64,000 nucleotides of DNA from Octopus vulgaris. Taxonomy: Eukaryota. The position numbers and the translations under genes were made by a program. Positions 41,325 to 54,008 of this stretch are shown here, one piece after another (position 1 is the first letter of the stretch; each line of letters begins with the position of its first letter). The notes under the pieces were generated by a model that worked only from the letters and a program-made list of their open reading frames with translations, did no database searches and had not been told where the DNA came from. The stretch is taken from positions 16,430,001 to 16,494,000 of the forward strand of contig OX597819.1 of the NCBI GenBank assembly GCA_951406725.2, written 5' to 3'.

Positions 41325-42337
41325 AAATAGAGAATACCAAACGAGTTCCCTATGGATACCGTATTTATTACAAGCCACGAGTTGTAATAAATACGGTATC
41401 CATAGGGAATGAGTTTGGTATTTTATTTATTACACACGAATAAACGACCATATTTTATTAACTCAATAACTAAATTCTTCACATCGTGTTGAAGCGCGCA
41501 TGAATACAGCTTGATTTCACGTCAGTGACGTCACAATGTGTAACTGTAAAAGATGTCATGCCGCAGGAAGATAGTCCGACTTTATAGCGCTAAGTTTTCA
41601 GGTGAAATGACTGATAACTGATGACTGTTTAACATTTTGTTAACATTCAAGTTCACGTTCAAGAAATACATAACACAGATTGAATCTTCAATAACTTTAA
41701 TAATACTCAAACCTGTTTTTGAGTAGCAATGCCAGTCAGAGTAGAGCACAATAGTCCAGGAAAACTTAACAGTCCTCATTATCTGTGAGACGAGGTCGCT
41801 TTGCATCTGAACCAAAGAAGTTCACATTGATTGTTCCCCCATATATTGGAGCTGAGAAAATGGAGTGCACTGAACCAAAGCAAGTGACAGCGGTCCGAGA
41901 TTGACTCGACATAACGTTGACGGTGGAGGGGAGATCACTCGCACTCGCTGCTGCTGTGTGTGACGGAAGTACAAGCGAACCAGGCTGGTCGTTGTTGCTA
42001 CTAAGGATGTTACTGATGGCACGATGACGATCCATGATTTTTTTGGCAACAAAAAATTGAATTACCACCAGAAATGTTTATATTTTATGTGTATATGACT
42101 TTAAGTGATATCTGGTATAAAAAAGATAGTTGTTTGTTTAATTACATGGCTACATTCTACCTGCTCGTGAAAGTAATGAATGAAGTTTAGTTGTAACTTA
42201 TGACAAAAGTAGTGCCGTCAACGTGACCTCGGGTCATCACCATGGATTGACCAATCAGAAGCAGTGCTTGCAGTATCTGACATATGTTAAATACCAAAAA
42301 TATCTCAAAATGTTCTCACTCACATGTGTGTAATAAG
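41325..42337 (-). mobile_element. Crypton-like (tyrosine recombinase) derivative with terminal hairpin
   Basis: ORF 42068-41766 resembles a Crypton C-terminal tail (RAISNILS...IYGGTINVNF); TTATTACACAC/GTGTGTAATAA inverted ends; 28-bp perfect stem at ~41346-41409. Confidence 0.45.
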
Positions 42338-44841
42338 CTCACATCTCTGCTTTCTTGCCAGCCTCTTTAGAGACCGAGAAACAGGAGTAAAAGAGACATA
42401 AATGGTTGTGATGAGAAGGATGTGATAGGAATGGAGCAGTAAGAGAACTGAGTAGTTTGGAATGGGTATGTATGGTCAAGGCTGAGATGTCAGGGAGATA
42501 ACGGGGGGGTCTATGTAGGATGGAGCAATGACAAAGCTGAGGGTGTGTGAGAAAAAAGAGGAGCAAGACTGTTGGCAGAATGAGACAGTGATAACAAACA
42601 GTACAGAAGGTGGGGTGGAATGTAGAGTGAAATGGGTATAAGAGATTTAATGTAGCTACTTCTATATAAGCCAGAGGGCTGAAATGATGAGCTTGGTGAT
42701 GGAGTGGATGGAAGAAGGATCAGAATAAATGCAATGACATCCTATTTACACTGACTGAAAGTAATGTACAGCAATCAGAAGAGACCCACAGCCATCCTCA
42801 ATTATGTAAGGAAACATAACACAGAGAGAATTGGAAGAGAAAGGAGTGACTGAGAGGTGGACTGATAGGAAGGGGGTAAAAGAATGCAGTGTGTGTGTGG
42901 GGAGGAGGAGTGTTTTGTTTGGTGTTTAGAAGAGAGGTCTTCCACCATCCTTAGACATACGAAAAGCATAGTATGGAATTGGAAGAGAAAGGAGTGATTG
43001 AGAGGTGAGCAATAAAGGCATGAGTATGGGAAGCGAGAGAGAGAGAGACATGGATGTGGCATGCATGACAGTGATATGGGCGATTGATGAATGACAGGGA
43101 GGTGCAGTGTGAGGGATAAGGGATAGATGAGTGAGGAGCAAGAGGTTAGAGAAGGTCAATGAGAGAGTTGTGTGAGTGTGTGTTTACACAACAGCAGTGA
43201 ACAGTGAGAATGAGTGCTTAACAATGCATAAACATATTCTTGATTTGTAGATTTACAATACTACCATAAGTTTCATGCATAAACATCACAGTTATCCAGT
43301 GTTGTGCACAGAAATAAGGGTAATCCATCTCGGTTTTGTATAAGGCTTTACTTGATATACTGTGACAGCTTCACATAAAACTAAAGGTAGCATTGTAAAC
43401 CCACAAAGAATATATATATATATATATATGTGTGTATATAAAAGCCTGCATAAATATCATAAATATATACACGTACCTAGTAATACATGCCCTAAGAAGA
43501 ACGACCTTAAGTGGTATGTCAACAAGCTAGAAATAGGATCTAAATCACCTTCAAATGACAATTTGCTGTCTTAAAAATCATAATGTAAAAAGACAGATAA
43601 TGCAGTTCAACTGTTTGAATAAAGACTAGATGGTCATGCTTGGAACATTTTTTTTTCTTCATTAATCTTTTAAATTTAGGCTGACCAAGGAATAACAATC
43701 AACATAAACCACATGCCCTGGAAAGTGGTTGGTCAAAGGTGCATTTTTCTCTCTTCCTTTGTTAACATGTCATATGATTATTAAAAGAGAAAACAAACAA
43801 CAACAACAACAGTACCTTCATCACTGCAATCAAATTTATTATTTCCAATAAAAATTGAAAGACAAAAAGTATAAAAAAAATAGAAGAGTATTATTGAGAT
43901 TATAAATACAGAATAAAAATCGTCAGCAAAATTGTTGCAACAGACAGGGGCAGATCCTGTAGGCTACCCTGGCTGTGGTAATAGATGAGGTACATTTGAG
44001 AGGCACCCACTATATTAATGAAACCGGTATTTATTGGCAGACAGCTAATTAATATCACACCAATAATTAGTGGAGATAAGTTTCAGAACAGCACACCTGC
44101 CATAGAAATTTCTGAGATATATATATATATGTGTGATACTTTTTTACATGAGGGTGACATTGACTTTGAAGGTTCAGCCTGTATGAGAACAGGCTGAAAT
44201 TTTGAAGTCACTGTCATCCCTTCTTGTTAAACAATAATAAATATGTACTCAAAAAGTACTGAGTAATTCATCAGTTTTCTGTTAAATTGTTTTAGTTATA
44301 ACTTGACATAAAAACATATATATATGTACATATGTATAACACATACACACACACACATATATAATCGAAATTTTCTTCTTGGAGGAAGAAAACCAAACCA
44401 TAAATAAAAGTAACAACAGATGTTAACAAATCTCAGAGAAAAAGGGGAGATAATTTCCAGAAATTTAAAATAAATTCCACAAAATTAATTTACGCCCTAA
44501 TTGAAAGAATAAGACAACAATCAGATTTTCCCCTAAAAATCTCTCTACAATTAAGAGGAAAATTTACATTAATTGTGAATTCTTTATGTATATTAATCAG
44601 TGAATCATCCTTCCCTTTAACCAGATTTATCTTAATTAACATCATCAGGCTACTTGAGTTATTTTCCTTAACATTTCAGTGTTAGTTCTAATACATATGA
44701 GTCTATGCATGTACAGGTGTGTATGTATATATATATATATAGCTAAATCCATGTATCTCCATATATATATATATATATATATATGTTTGCGTGTGAATTT
44801 GTCTGCTTCTCGGTGTGCTCATTTGTCTATGTGAATATATC

Positions 44842-44881
<40 letters not shown>

Positions 44882-44882
44882 C

Positions 44883-45206
44883 ATTAGAAGAAATGAGGTA
44901 CTCAGAAATCTGGATGGTTTCTATTTACAGATATTTATTAATATGTCACATGTTTTTATAAATCATATATTAGTGCTTCTCAGTCGTGATGGTCTCCATA
45001 ACACAGTTTCTTAAATCCATGACTACCTCTGTCACTAATAAACTTATATACCTGACGACTCCACTAGAGTGGATGCAAGCGCTATAATATATGATTTATA
45101 AAAACATGTGACATATTAATAAATATCTGTAAATATAAAACCATCCAGATTTCTGAGTACCTCATTTCTTCTAACATATAATACCTGTACATCATCTCCA
45201 AAACTT

Positions 45207-45210
<4 letters not shown>
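44883..45210. mobile_element. Small head-to-head inverted pLTR-like element with degenerate HHR (45046-45090)
   Basis: ~90-bp arms 44883-44972 and 45085-45175; CTGACGA-CTCCACTAGAGTGGAT-GCAA-GCGC-TA; (TA)n both sides. Confidence 0.6.
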
Positions 45211-45239
<29 letters not shown>

Positions 45240-45834
45240 GTTAGATGTATTTACATATATTGAGATGTGCTTATCTACACCAATACATATGTAGATTTGC
45301 TTGCATAAGGACATCTGGGTGTACCTACAAGCATACATTTATGTATGCATACGAGTCATTTTTTATATCTATCCCCCACTTCATTCCATCTAGATAGATA
45401 TATTTATGCATCTGCCTGTCTATCCCTACATCTACGCTTAAATATCCGTATAAATCATTGTCCTGCTTCAGCTGGCACCCGATTCCCCTCCTGCAAACAA
45501 ACATATGGCTCTCAATTCCACTTCTTACATACCACACATTTCCTCCCATAAATTTATTCATCACTTTGTCCCACCCTGTGATCTCCATTGTATCCAAAAC
45601 ACATTCAACCACTCTAAAAATCATCACTCACAATAAAACCAAACGACCCCCCCACACACACACACACAGACACCATTTAATCTATATTCGGCCTTTTCAG
45701 TCATGGTGGTCTCCATAAAACTGTTTCATAAACCCATGAATACCTCTGTCACTAATAAACTTACATACCTTCCTTTTCTCACTTTAATTGCCACAAAAAC
45801 ACCATTCAACCAGATGGCAAAGAAAAGTTATCCA

Positions 45835-46055
45835 GGTTTAGGACAAATGTTGCTGTAATTTAGTCCCAGGAGACATCGTCTCCAGCTGGCTGTATGACAC
45901 AATCTGTGTCCTTATATTTTTGAACAAGGGAATCCAGCTGAGTGGGGAGCTAGATTCCCTTGTTTGAAAATATAAGGACACAGATCATGTTGTACAGCCA
46001 GCTGGAAACGATGTCTCCTGCAGCTAAATTACAGCAACATTTGTCCTAAACCAGG
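45835..46055. repeat. Fold-back MITE-like inverted repeat (~105-bp arms)
   Basis: GTTTAGGACAAATGTTGCTG...CAGCAACATTTGTCCTAAAC. Confidence 0.8.
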
Positions 46056-46942
46056 ACTACTATGTTATGTTGGCAAACAATCTTTACTCCAAAGTACTGT
46101 TGCTGAATATCTCTCGTTGTGAGATTTGAAAATAGTAATTTTCTAAAAATGATTCAGCTTTATTTTCTGATCGTCAGAACAAACCATATAGTCATGGTTA
46201 TATGTTTTTATACACCTCCCTCAATCTATCTGCTCGCTATAACACACACAAAAAAACACTGCCTACAATGTAATAAACCCCACAAAAAAAAAAAGGAAAA
46301 GTGATAGAGGCAAACTTATTCCCTATAAAACCCCTCCATTTATCAAAATATCACAGTCTGAGGATTCCTGTCAGTGATGAAACTACCAGTCATTATGAGG
46401 TACTCAACTTTCCAATACCCACAATAAAAAACTTTGGCTCTGTATATTGATTTCTCTCTTTCTTAGAGATAGGTGTACTATTAAGTACACAATACTTACT
46501 CTCATATACATATACATATATATAGATATATATATATATATATAGACTCTCGCACACTGAAACACACAAGCAAATATATATATATATATTCTTTACTTTG
46601 TTATATATATACATATACATATATATATATGCATACATACATACATATATATATATATAAACATATATACATATATACACACACACATACACATATACAT
46701 CCTTTAGTTCATTATATGCATGTGTGTATACATATATATATATATATGCACACACACATAAATATTTGTTGAGTGAAATTTTTTTCATGGTTATTGTAAA
46801 GTTCAATACCTCATAAGGACTTGTAGCTTTACCACCGACTGGAATCAACAAACTGTGACATTTTGACAAATGGTGGTTTTTATTGATAAGAAATGAGTTT
46901 GATTCTGTGGTGTGTATCCACGTATTATGGTGTTTGGGTTTG

Positions 46943-46981
<39 letters not shown>

Positions 46982-47131
46982 GAATTTACAAAAAAAAAAC
47001 AAAAGACAAAAATGGGTGTGTAAACAACAAACAGATGTATTAGTTTAACGCTCAGGAAGTGAGAAGGTCTTTTATGTTTCAAGCCTAGGCTCTTTGACAG
47101 AAAGGAGCACAGAAATAAACAGAGATAGAAA

Positions 47132-47194
<63 letters not shown>

Positions 47195-47406
47195 CATGTG
47201 TGTATATATATAGATGCTAAATCATCTGAACACTTCAAATCATCACATACGTGATGACTTAAAATGGTTAGAAGATTTAGCATCTCTTTTCAGCATATAG
47301 GTATAGTTTTCTCTATGCTCTTAATTATAATTATATATATATGAATTCACCTTCATATGTCTGTTTTATATGCTGGCCACTGACAAAAACTTTAACAATT
47401 TTATCC

Positions 47407-47448
<42 letters not shown>

Positions 47449-47474
47449 TACATATATATATGTATATATATATA

Positions 47475-47606
47475 CAGTTTGACTCAGCTCCACATGACTT
47501 TCATGAGTGTAGACACATTCCTTTCAGCAGCTGTTCTTATCTGATGAGATGGGTGTGTCCTGCACACCCTTGAAACTTAAAGTCGTGTGGAGCTGGGCTC
47601 AAACTG
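47475..47606. repeat. Imperfect fold-back inverted repeat
   Basis: CAGTTTGACTCAGCTCCACATGACTTT...AAAGTCGTGTGGAGCTGGGCTCAAACTG. Confidence 0.7.
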
Positions 47607-48984
47607 CTATTAACTCCTATCAAATGTGTGAAGTGCTACTTTCTTATGTTAGATATGTGTGTGTGTGTGTGTATTCATGAGTGTATATGGAGACAGTAAA
47701 GACTCATGACTGTTGTGCCAGGTCTCTCGACATCAGAGAAAACCTTAACATCTACAAAACATTCAACATGTTGAGGGGACTGAAATGACAAACCATGGCA
47801 ATTGATGCAGTTGTCTTGGCCATCATCGAAAAGGTTGCTGCAGCAGGTTGATATCTGAAAATATAAAGGATGTACTGAAAGGGATTACGCAACAGTTGTT
47901 ATGCATCATGATGTACAATAGAAAGAATACTGAAAGACACGACCACTAACTCACTCGGTTAACATATTTAATTTTCCAACAGATGATATCAGTGTATGAA
48001 TTTATTTCTCAATATTTATATATTCTCACAACACCAAATTAACAAATGTTTTTCAAGTGGATGGTGTCTTTCTACAATTTATTTTCTAAGCAAATCCTTT
48101 TTATCACAACCAATAACTACTTTAATAAGTTTAACATTAGTTATATTTTTCTAAGGAGGTCAAAATAAAACTGAAATATGTTTCAAGTTGTCTCTCTTAT
48201 CAGAAAAATGAAAATATACTTAGCCATTAGTAATACCATCTTTGTTTTTCTTGTCATTTTTCCCACCTCTTACATGTAGCTATCACTCTCTCTACTATTT
48301 TTCACCTTCTCTAACCAAACCATCACTATCTTTCCTGCCATCACACTGATATTCAAACTCCCTCAACTTCCACATTCTTGATTGTAGTCACTCTCCATCA
48401 CTTTAGTCTCCCAGGGAACAAAGACACCTCACTAGTGTTGGTGCCATAGTAAAATGCACCCAGTAAATGCTGTACAGGGGTTGGTGCTTGAAAAGACACA
48501 ACAAACAGTAGACAGGACTCTTTAATCCCGTCATGGGTAAGGCAATCTTTTTGTACTGGTGCTGTAGTGCAACGCACCCAGAACATTCTGTAAATTGGTT
48601 TCTGTTAGGAAAGGCATCCATCTGCTGAAACTGTGCCCCACCCCACAAAACAGAACATACAAGCAAGAAGCAGTCCACCTGTTGATCAAGAAGAGCAATG
48701 ACTCTAAATAAGTTGTGACTTGAAGCATGGTGACCTGTCCAACACAAGTCAGCATGGAAAGTGGACATAAAATGATGAGGAATATCATCAGCAATTAATA
48801 TGTAAACACTAGTATGGTATCCATCCATCCATCCATATATATATATATATATTAATAAAAAGAATTCCAACCTTGTCTGATTTTCACGTTTTATTTACAA
48901 TCTTATAATGATATATTATAAGATAATATATTATAATTGAATAAAATAAAATGAAATAGTAGAATGTTAAATATTCATTCTGAT

Positions 48985-49029
48985 TGAACTAGTACTTTCA
49001 TGCATTGAATTCTGCAATCTTCGGGTTCA
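48985..49029 (-). ncRNA. Minimal hammerhead ribozyme in left-arm pLTR
   Basis: Mirror of 56737-56781. Confidence 0.75.
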
Positions 49030-49523
49030 TGTAGTAGTGTTGACAGTCATGCTTCACAATTTTTGACTGTAGCAAGATGAGTGATTCTGTGCTATAAATA
49101 CAGCTGGGTAGGCTCCAGAGTGCTAGGTTTTGCAAACTGTATTCTGACCAATCAGTGTGTAGTATCACTCAATTACTTAAGCTGATTGGTTGGTTGAGCT
49201 GATTGGTTTAGGCATCACGCTTTGTTGGACAGGTCAAGAGTCCTGTATCTTGACCCTGGCCGAAGCAGCAATTGTTGGGTTATTTTTAGAAATGTTGTAA
49301 ATATCCTTTGTCAGAGATTTTTATATTTTTATATTTCAATTGTCATCATCATCATTGTCAGCACCTTAATTATTGTTGCTAGTGGTGATGGTGGTGGCAA
49401 TAGAACTTTTAACCCTAAATAAGATAATTTTCCTGCTATCTTCGTCTTGATCACCTTTAGTATTGTTGTTGTTGTTAGTGGTCATGGTCGTAGCAGTGGA
49501 AGTAATACCTCTAAGTATTATTA

Positions 49524-51851
49524 TTATTGCTTATTTAGCTTGGGTTCGAATTTATCAATAAAATTCTTTTCTCTGATTTTCCTCTCGATTTCACTTGGGC
49601 TGTGTAATTTGTAGAATGGAAATATTATATATATTTTCCGACCACATGTTGCTAGGTGGTTACTCAAAGGTATCTGACGGACCTCTGGGTCTCTAATCTG
49701 TTGCCGGTGTACACGTGAGCGTTCTAATAGTGCGTTTCCCGTCTGACCTACATATATTTCTTCACAATTTGGGCATTTGATGCAGTAAATTAAATTTCTG
49801 CTTTTGCAGTTCATATTCGCGTTTGTGAATATTTTCCCGGTTTTTGTGTTTATATATTGACCGGTATGTATGAATTGGCATGTGCCACATCGGCTATCAT
49901 TGCATTTAGATACCGTGAATGTTTGGTCTTTGTTGCTGAGGTCAAATTTTGCCTTTGTTAGTAATGTTTTCAAGTTTTTAGGCTGTCTTTTACTAAGCAC
50001 CATAGCTCGATCCTTGATTATGTCTTTTAATTCATTACTTTGGGCAATGATTGGTAGGTTTGCTTTGGCAATGTTGAAGATATTCTGGTGACATGGGTTG
50101 TGTGTCACTATGAATGGTATGACTTGTTCTTGTTTTCCTCTTCCTTGGGTTGTCCTAAGTTGTTGTATAGGTATTTTTATAGCCCGCTGTATGCCATTTT
50201 CTATAAGTAGAGATGGGTATTTTTGTTTGAGCAAAAATTCTCTTAGTTCTATTAGGCGTTTGTTCCTGATATTTGCATCTTCTACAATAGTACAAATTCT
50301 TCTGGCTAGGCAGTATGGGATGTTACGTTTTGTATGTGGTGGATGGCACGACTTAAAATTTAGGTATTGATGTGTGTCTGTGTGTTTATAGTATATATCT
50401 GTGGTGATGGTGGTGTCTTTTTTAATTACCATTATATCCAGGAATGGTAATTTGGTACTACTCATCTCCTTTGTAAATTTGAGAGATGGGTGTAGTTTGT
50501 TCAGGAGGATATTGAACTCTTCCAGAGTATTTAGAGATTCTGTCCAGATTATGAAACAGTCGTCTAGGTATCTCTTCCATGCCTTTTCAATATACTTTCT
50601 AAATCCAGTGCCATAGTTTACCTCCACCTCTTGGTAGAGTTGTTCTTCTAAGTATCCCATTACAGAGTTGGCGTAAACGGGAGCAAACCTCGTTCCCATC
50701 GCCGTGCCTCTAATTTGGATGTAATTCTTTCCATTGAAGAAGAATGTGTTATTTTCTAGAATAAGTTTGACTGTGTCTAATATAAATGGCACTGTGAATC
50801 TGCTGGGAATCACTTCTCTATGTTTTTCTAACCAGTATTTAATCGCCTTTATTCCTAAATCGTGTGGAATATTGGTGTAGAGGCTTACCACATCAAAACT
50901 TAGCAAAACTGAATTTGTTTCTGTTGTTTTGGGAAGATGGGACAGGAAGTTGATGTCATCCCTGATGAAACTTGGTATGTAAGTACATAGTGGTTTCAAA
51001 ACAATGTCAATAAAATTGCTTAGACGGTGTGTAGGGCATGCTGGACCAGCTATAATAGGTCTAAGTTTTAGGTCTTTTGGATGTAATAATTTTATGTACT
51101 CACTTTCTTGTTCTTTTACTGCCTGTTGAATGTTTTTTGATTTGTGTATTTTTGGTAAGCCGTAGAAGTTGCTGGGTTTTGGTTCAAAATTGGTGATGTA
51201 GTCTTTTTCATTATCCGTAAGTGAGTTGTGGTGTGTTGAAATCAGGTTGTTGATCTTTTTCATGATGTGGTGGTCTATATTTGCGGGTATTTCACAATAG
51301 AAGGTTGTATCCTTCAGTTGGTCTTCAACCAAATCCTTATAGTATTCGGTATCCATAATAACAATTGCACCACCTTTATCTGCTTGTTTAATTATTATTG
51401 TTTGATCGTTTTGTATACGTTTACATGCAGACATCTCTGATTTGCTAATGTTTGGCCTAACATTGGTATTGCGTCTAAGGGGAAATTTAGACAGGATATC
51501 AATGTATTGGTCAAGGTAGTTATTTCTTCCTTTTGGTGGGGTGAAATTTGATTTATTCCTTACTAGGGATTCATCAATCTCATTACTTTTGTTAGCGAAG
51601 AATTCTACAAGTCGTAATTTTCGACAGAATTTTTGGATATCCTCCTTTAATTCTTGGTGGTTGGCTGTTGGTGTAGGTGTGAATTTCAGTCCTTTTGACA
51701 GAAGTTGGATTTCATCATTGTCAAGATCTCTTTTTGATAAATTAATTATTTTAGGATCTATACGTTCAGTTGTTTGGGGTATGTTTCCTCTTGGATTTTT
51801 TCTTTCTCCGGTGTTTGTTGTCCTGACGTAAAAAAATGGATTTTTTTCTGG
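49524..51851 (-). CDS. PLE reverse transcriptase + GIY-YIG endonuclease (left arm; open frame from 51851, first ATG 51434)
   Basis: INLS..LLSKGLKFTPTP, ADKG, YGLPKIHK, DVVSLYTNI, GTAMG, YLDD, CNDSRCGTC linker, LIY..YVGQT. Confidence 0.93.
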   Translation of the reverse strand, partial: PEKNPFFYVRTTNTGERKNPRGNIPQTTERIDPKIINLSKRDLDNDEIQLLSKGLKFTPTPTANHQELKEDIQKFCRKLRLVEFFANKSNEIDESLVRNKSNFTPPKGRNNYLDQYIDILSKFPLRRNTNVRPNISKSEMSACKRIQNDQTIIIKQADKGGAIVIMDTEYYKDLVEDQLKDTTFYCEIPANIDHHIMKKINNLISTHHNSLTDNEKDYITNFEPKPSNFYGLPKIHKSKNIQQAVKEQESEYIKLLHPKDLKLRPIIAGPACPTHRLSNFIDIVLKPLCTYIPSFIRDDINFLSHLPKTTETNSVLLSFDVVSLYTNIPHDLGIKAIKYWLEKHREVIPSRFTVPFILDTVKLILENNTFFFNGKNYIQIRGTAMGTRFAPVYANSVMGYLEEQLYQEVEVNYGTGFRKYIEKAWKRYLDDCFIIWTESLNTLEEFNILLNKLHPSLKFTKEMSSTKLPFLDIMVIKKDTTITTDIYYKHTDTHQYLNFKSCHPPHTKRNIPYCLARRICTIVEDANIRNKRLIELREFLLKQKYPSLLIENGIQRAIKIPIQQLRTTQGRGKQEQVIPFIVTHNPCHQNIFNIAKANLPIIAQSNELKDIIKDRAMVLSKRQPKNLKTLLTKAKFDLSNKDQTFTVSKCNDSRCGTCQFIHTGQYINTKTGKIFTNANMNCKSRNLIYCIKCPNCEEIYVGQTGNALLERSRVHRQQIRDPEVRQIPLSNHLATCGRKIYIIFPFYKLHSPSEIERKIREKNFIDKFEPKLNKQ

Positions 51852-52968
51852 TTATGATTTATATTCCTGTTGATGTTTGCTTGATGAATTTTGCGTTTTG
51901 GTTGTGGTACTTTACTTGGTTTCGTTATGTTTTCTGTCTTGTTTTTGGTATTATGTATGTTACTTTTCAATTTCTTGTTAGCATTGTTTTTAACCACCTG
52001 GAGAAATGATCTGGGTTTACTTCTAGATCTAGATCGGTTTTTTGTCCAGTTTCTTGTGGGTAATCTCTGTTGAGGTCTTGAAAATGATCTCCTGTTATTT
52101 CTACTGCTAATGGTCTGTTCAAAACAATATCTATTTTGTTTGTGCTTTTTGTTCATGTTGTGTGCATTAGGGTGTTTGCATACAAAATGGGAAGAGTTCT
52201 TACCGTAGTTCGTCTTCGATTCGTGGTGAAACGGGTGTTCATGTTGCCACGTGTTCTGGTGTATGTTGCGTTGGTGAGGTTGTCCACTTTTAATGCTATT
52301 TCTCGGAGTTCTGGTGTCTTTACCGTAATTTGTAGTATATTTGTCGAGAAATAATTGTTTCCGCTGCCAAAACTTTCTTGATCTGCTTTCTTCTTTTGAG
52401 ATATCTCTGATCCATAGTTCTCGCATTTTTTCTGCTATATTGCCGGTCGTTAGTTTGGATATTTCATCTCTGATTTGATCATCGATAGCTTCGTATTTGG
52501 CTTTGTAGCGGGATTGTTTAGACAGGGTAATGGAGATGTCGGTCCTGAATTTTATCAAACTAAGGTCCCATCGAAGTTTAGTTTCTTCCTCTGGTTCTCC
52601 TGCAATTTCTTTAATTAGGTACTTCCGAGGAAGTATGGGTGCCGCTAAAGATATCCATTTCGAATGTATTTCAGCATATTTTTCGCATTTATATGCCTTC
52701 CAGAAGTTTTGTTTTCTTATGTTAAGGAGTTTTTTCCATGTCTTCTGTATCTCTTCTCTTTTTCGGTGTGCCTCTTTTTCCAGATTTCTTTCGTTTATTT
52801 CTGACATCCAAGGAGGTTGTGGTAGGCTTTCTCTTGTAGATTTTATAATTGTTGGTATCATTTCAGCTAAATTCTTAATTTCAGAGTTTATGTGTTCATT
52901 TCCAAGTTTTCCGTCTGTAGACTGTTTTTCTATTTCCTTTAAAATAGAGGATTGTGTGTCAATCATCA
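51758..52968 (-). CDS. PLE upstream ORF1 (5'-truncated, coiled-coil-like then basic), left arm
   Basis: ~400 codons open, K/E-rich helical N-part and R/K/N-rich C-part; overlaps the RT frame. Confidence 0.7.
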
Positions 52969-52980
52969 GATGATTGACAC

Positions 52981-54008
52981 ATCTGGAAAAAGAGGCACAC
53001 CGAAAAAGAGAAGAGATACAGAAGACATGGAAAAAACTCCTTAACATAAGAAAACAAAACTTCTGGAAGGCATATAAATGCGAAAAATATGCTGAAATAC
53101 ATTCGAAATGGATATCTTTAGCGGCACCCATACTTCCTCGGAAGTACCTAATTAAAGAAATTGCAGGAGAACCAGAGGAAGAAACTAAACTTCGATGGGA
53201 CCTTAGTTTGATAAAATTCAGGACCGACATCTCCATTACCCTGTCTAAACAATCCCGCTACAAAGCCAAATACGAAGCTATCGATGATCAAATCAGAGAT
53301 GAAATATCCAAACTAACGACCGGCAATATAGCAGAAAAAATGCGAGAACTATGGATCAGAGATATCTCAAAAGAAGAAAGCAGATCAAGAAAGTTTTGGC
53401 AGCGGAAACAATTATTTCTCGACAAATATACTACAAATTACGGTAAAGACACCAGAACTCCGAGAAATAGCATTAAAAGTGGACAACCTCACCAACGCAA
53501 CATACACCAGAACACGTGGCAACATGAACACCCGTTTCACCACGAATCGAAGACGAACTACGGTAAGAACTCTTCCCATTTTGTATGCAAACACCCTAAT
53601 GCACACAACATGAACAAAAAGCACAAACAAAATAGATATTGTTTTGAACAGACCATTAGCAGTAGAAATAACAGGAGATCATTTTCAAGACCTCAACAGA
53701 GATTACCCACAAGAAACTGGACAAAAAACCGATCTAGATCTAGAAGTAAACCCAGATCATTTCTCCAGGTGGTTAAAAACAATGCTAACAAGAAATTGAA
53801 AAGTAACATACATAATACCAAAAACAAGACAGAAAACATAACGAAACCAAGTAAAGTACCACAACCAAAACGCAAAATTCATCAAGCAAACATCAACAGG
53901 AATATAAATCATAACCAGAAAAAAATCCATTTTTTTACGTCAGGACAACAAACACCGGAGAAAGAAAAAATCCAAGAGGAAACATACCCCAAACAACTGA
54001 ACGTATAG
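52981..54008 (+). CDS. PLE upstream ORF1 (5'-truncated), right arm
   Basis: Mirror of left-arm ORF1 lacking 52786-52954. Confidence 0.7.

Noticed and set aside
47066-47104. Minimal-HHR-like remnant on the minus strand
   Set aside because: Core CTGTCAA and stem III are mutated; at best a dead copy
47541-47585. CTGATGA-GGGTGTG..CACACCC-GAAA motif
   Set aside because: No convincing stems I/III; better explained as part of a fold-back repeat
44080-47856. Splice-site-bounded segments on the minus strand (~47856-47796, ~46852-46809, ~44097)
   Set aside because: Joined frames hit stops and give no recognisable protein; could only be a lncRNA and needs RNA-seq
51758-53236. 492-aa ORF crossing the palindrome centre
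   Set aside because: N-terminal ~90 aa is antisense of the right arm; chimeric artefact of the inversion
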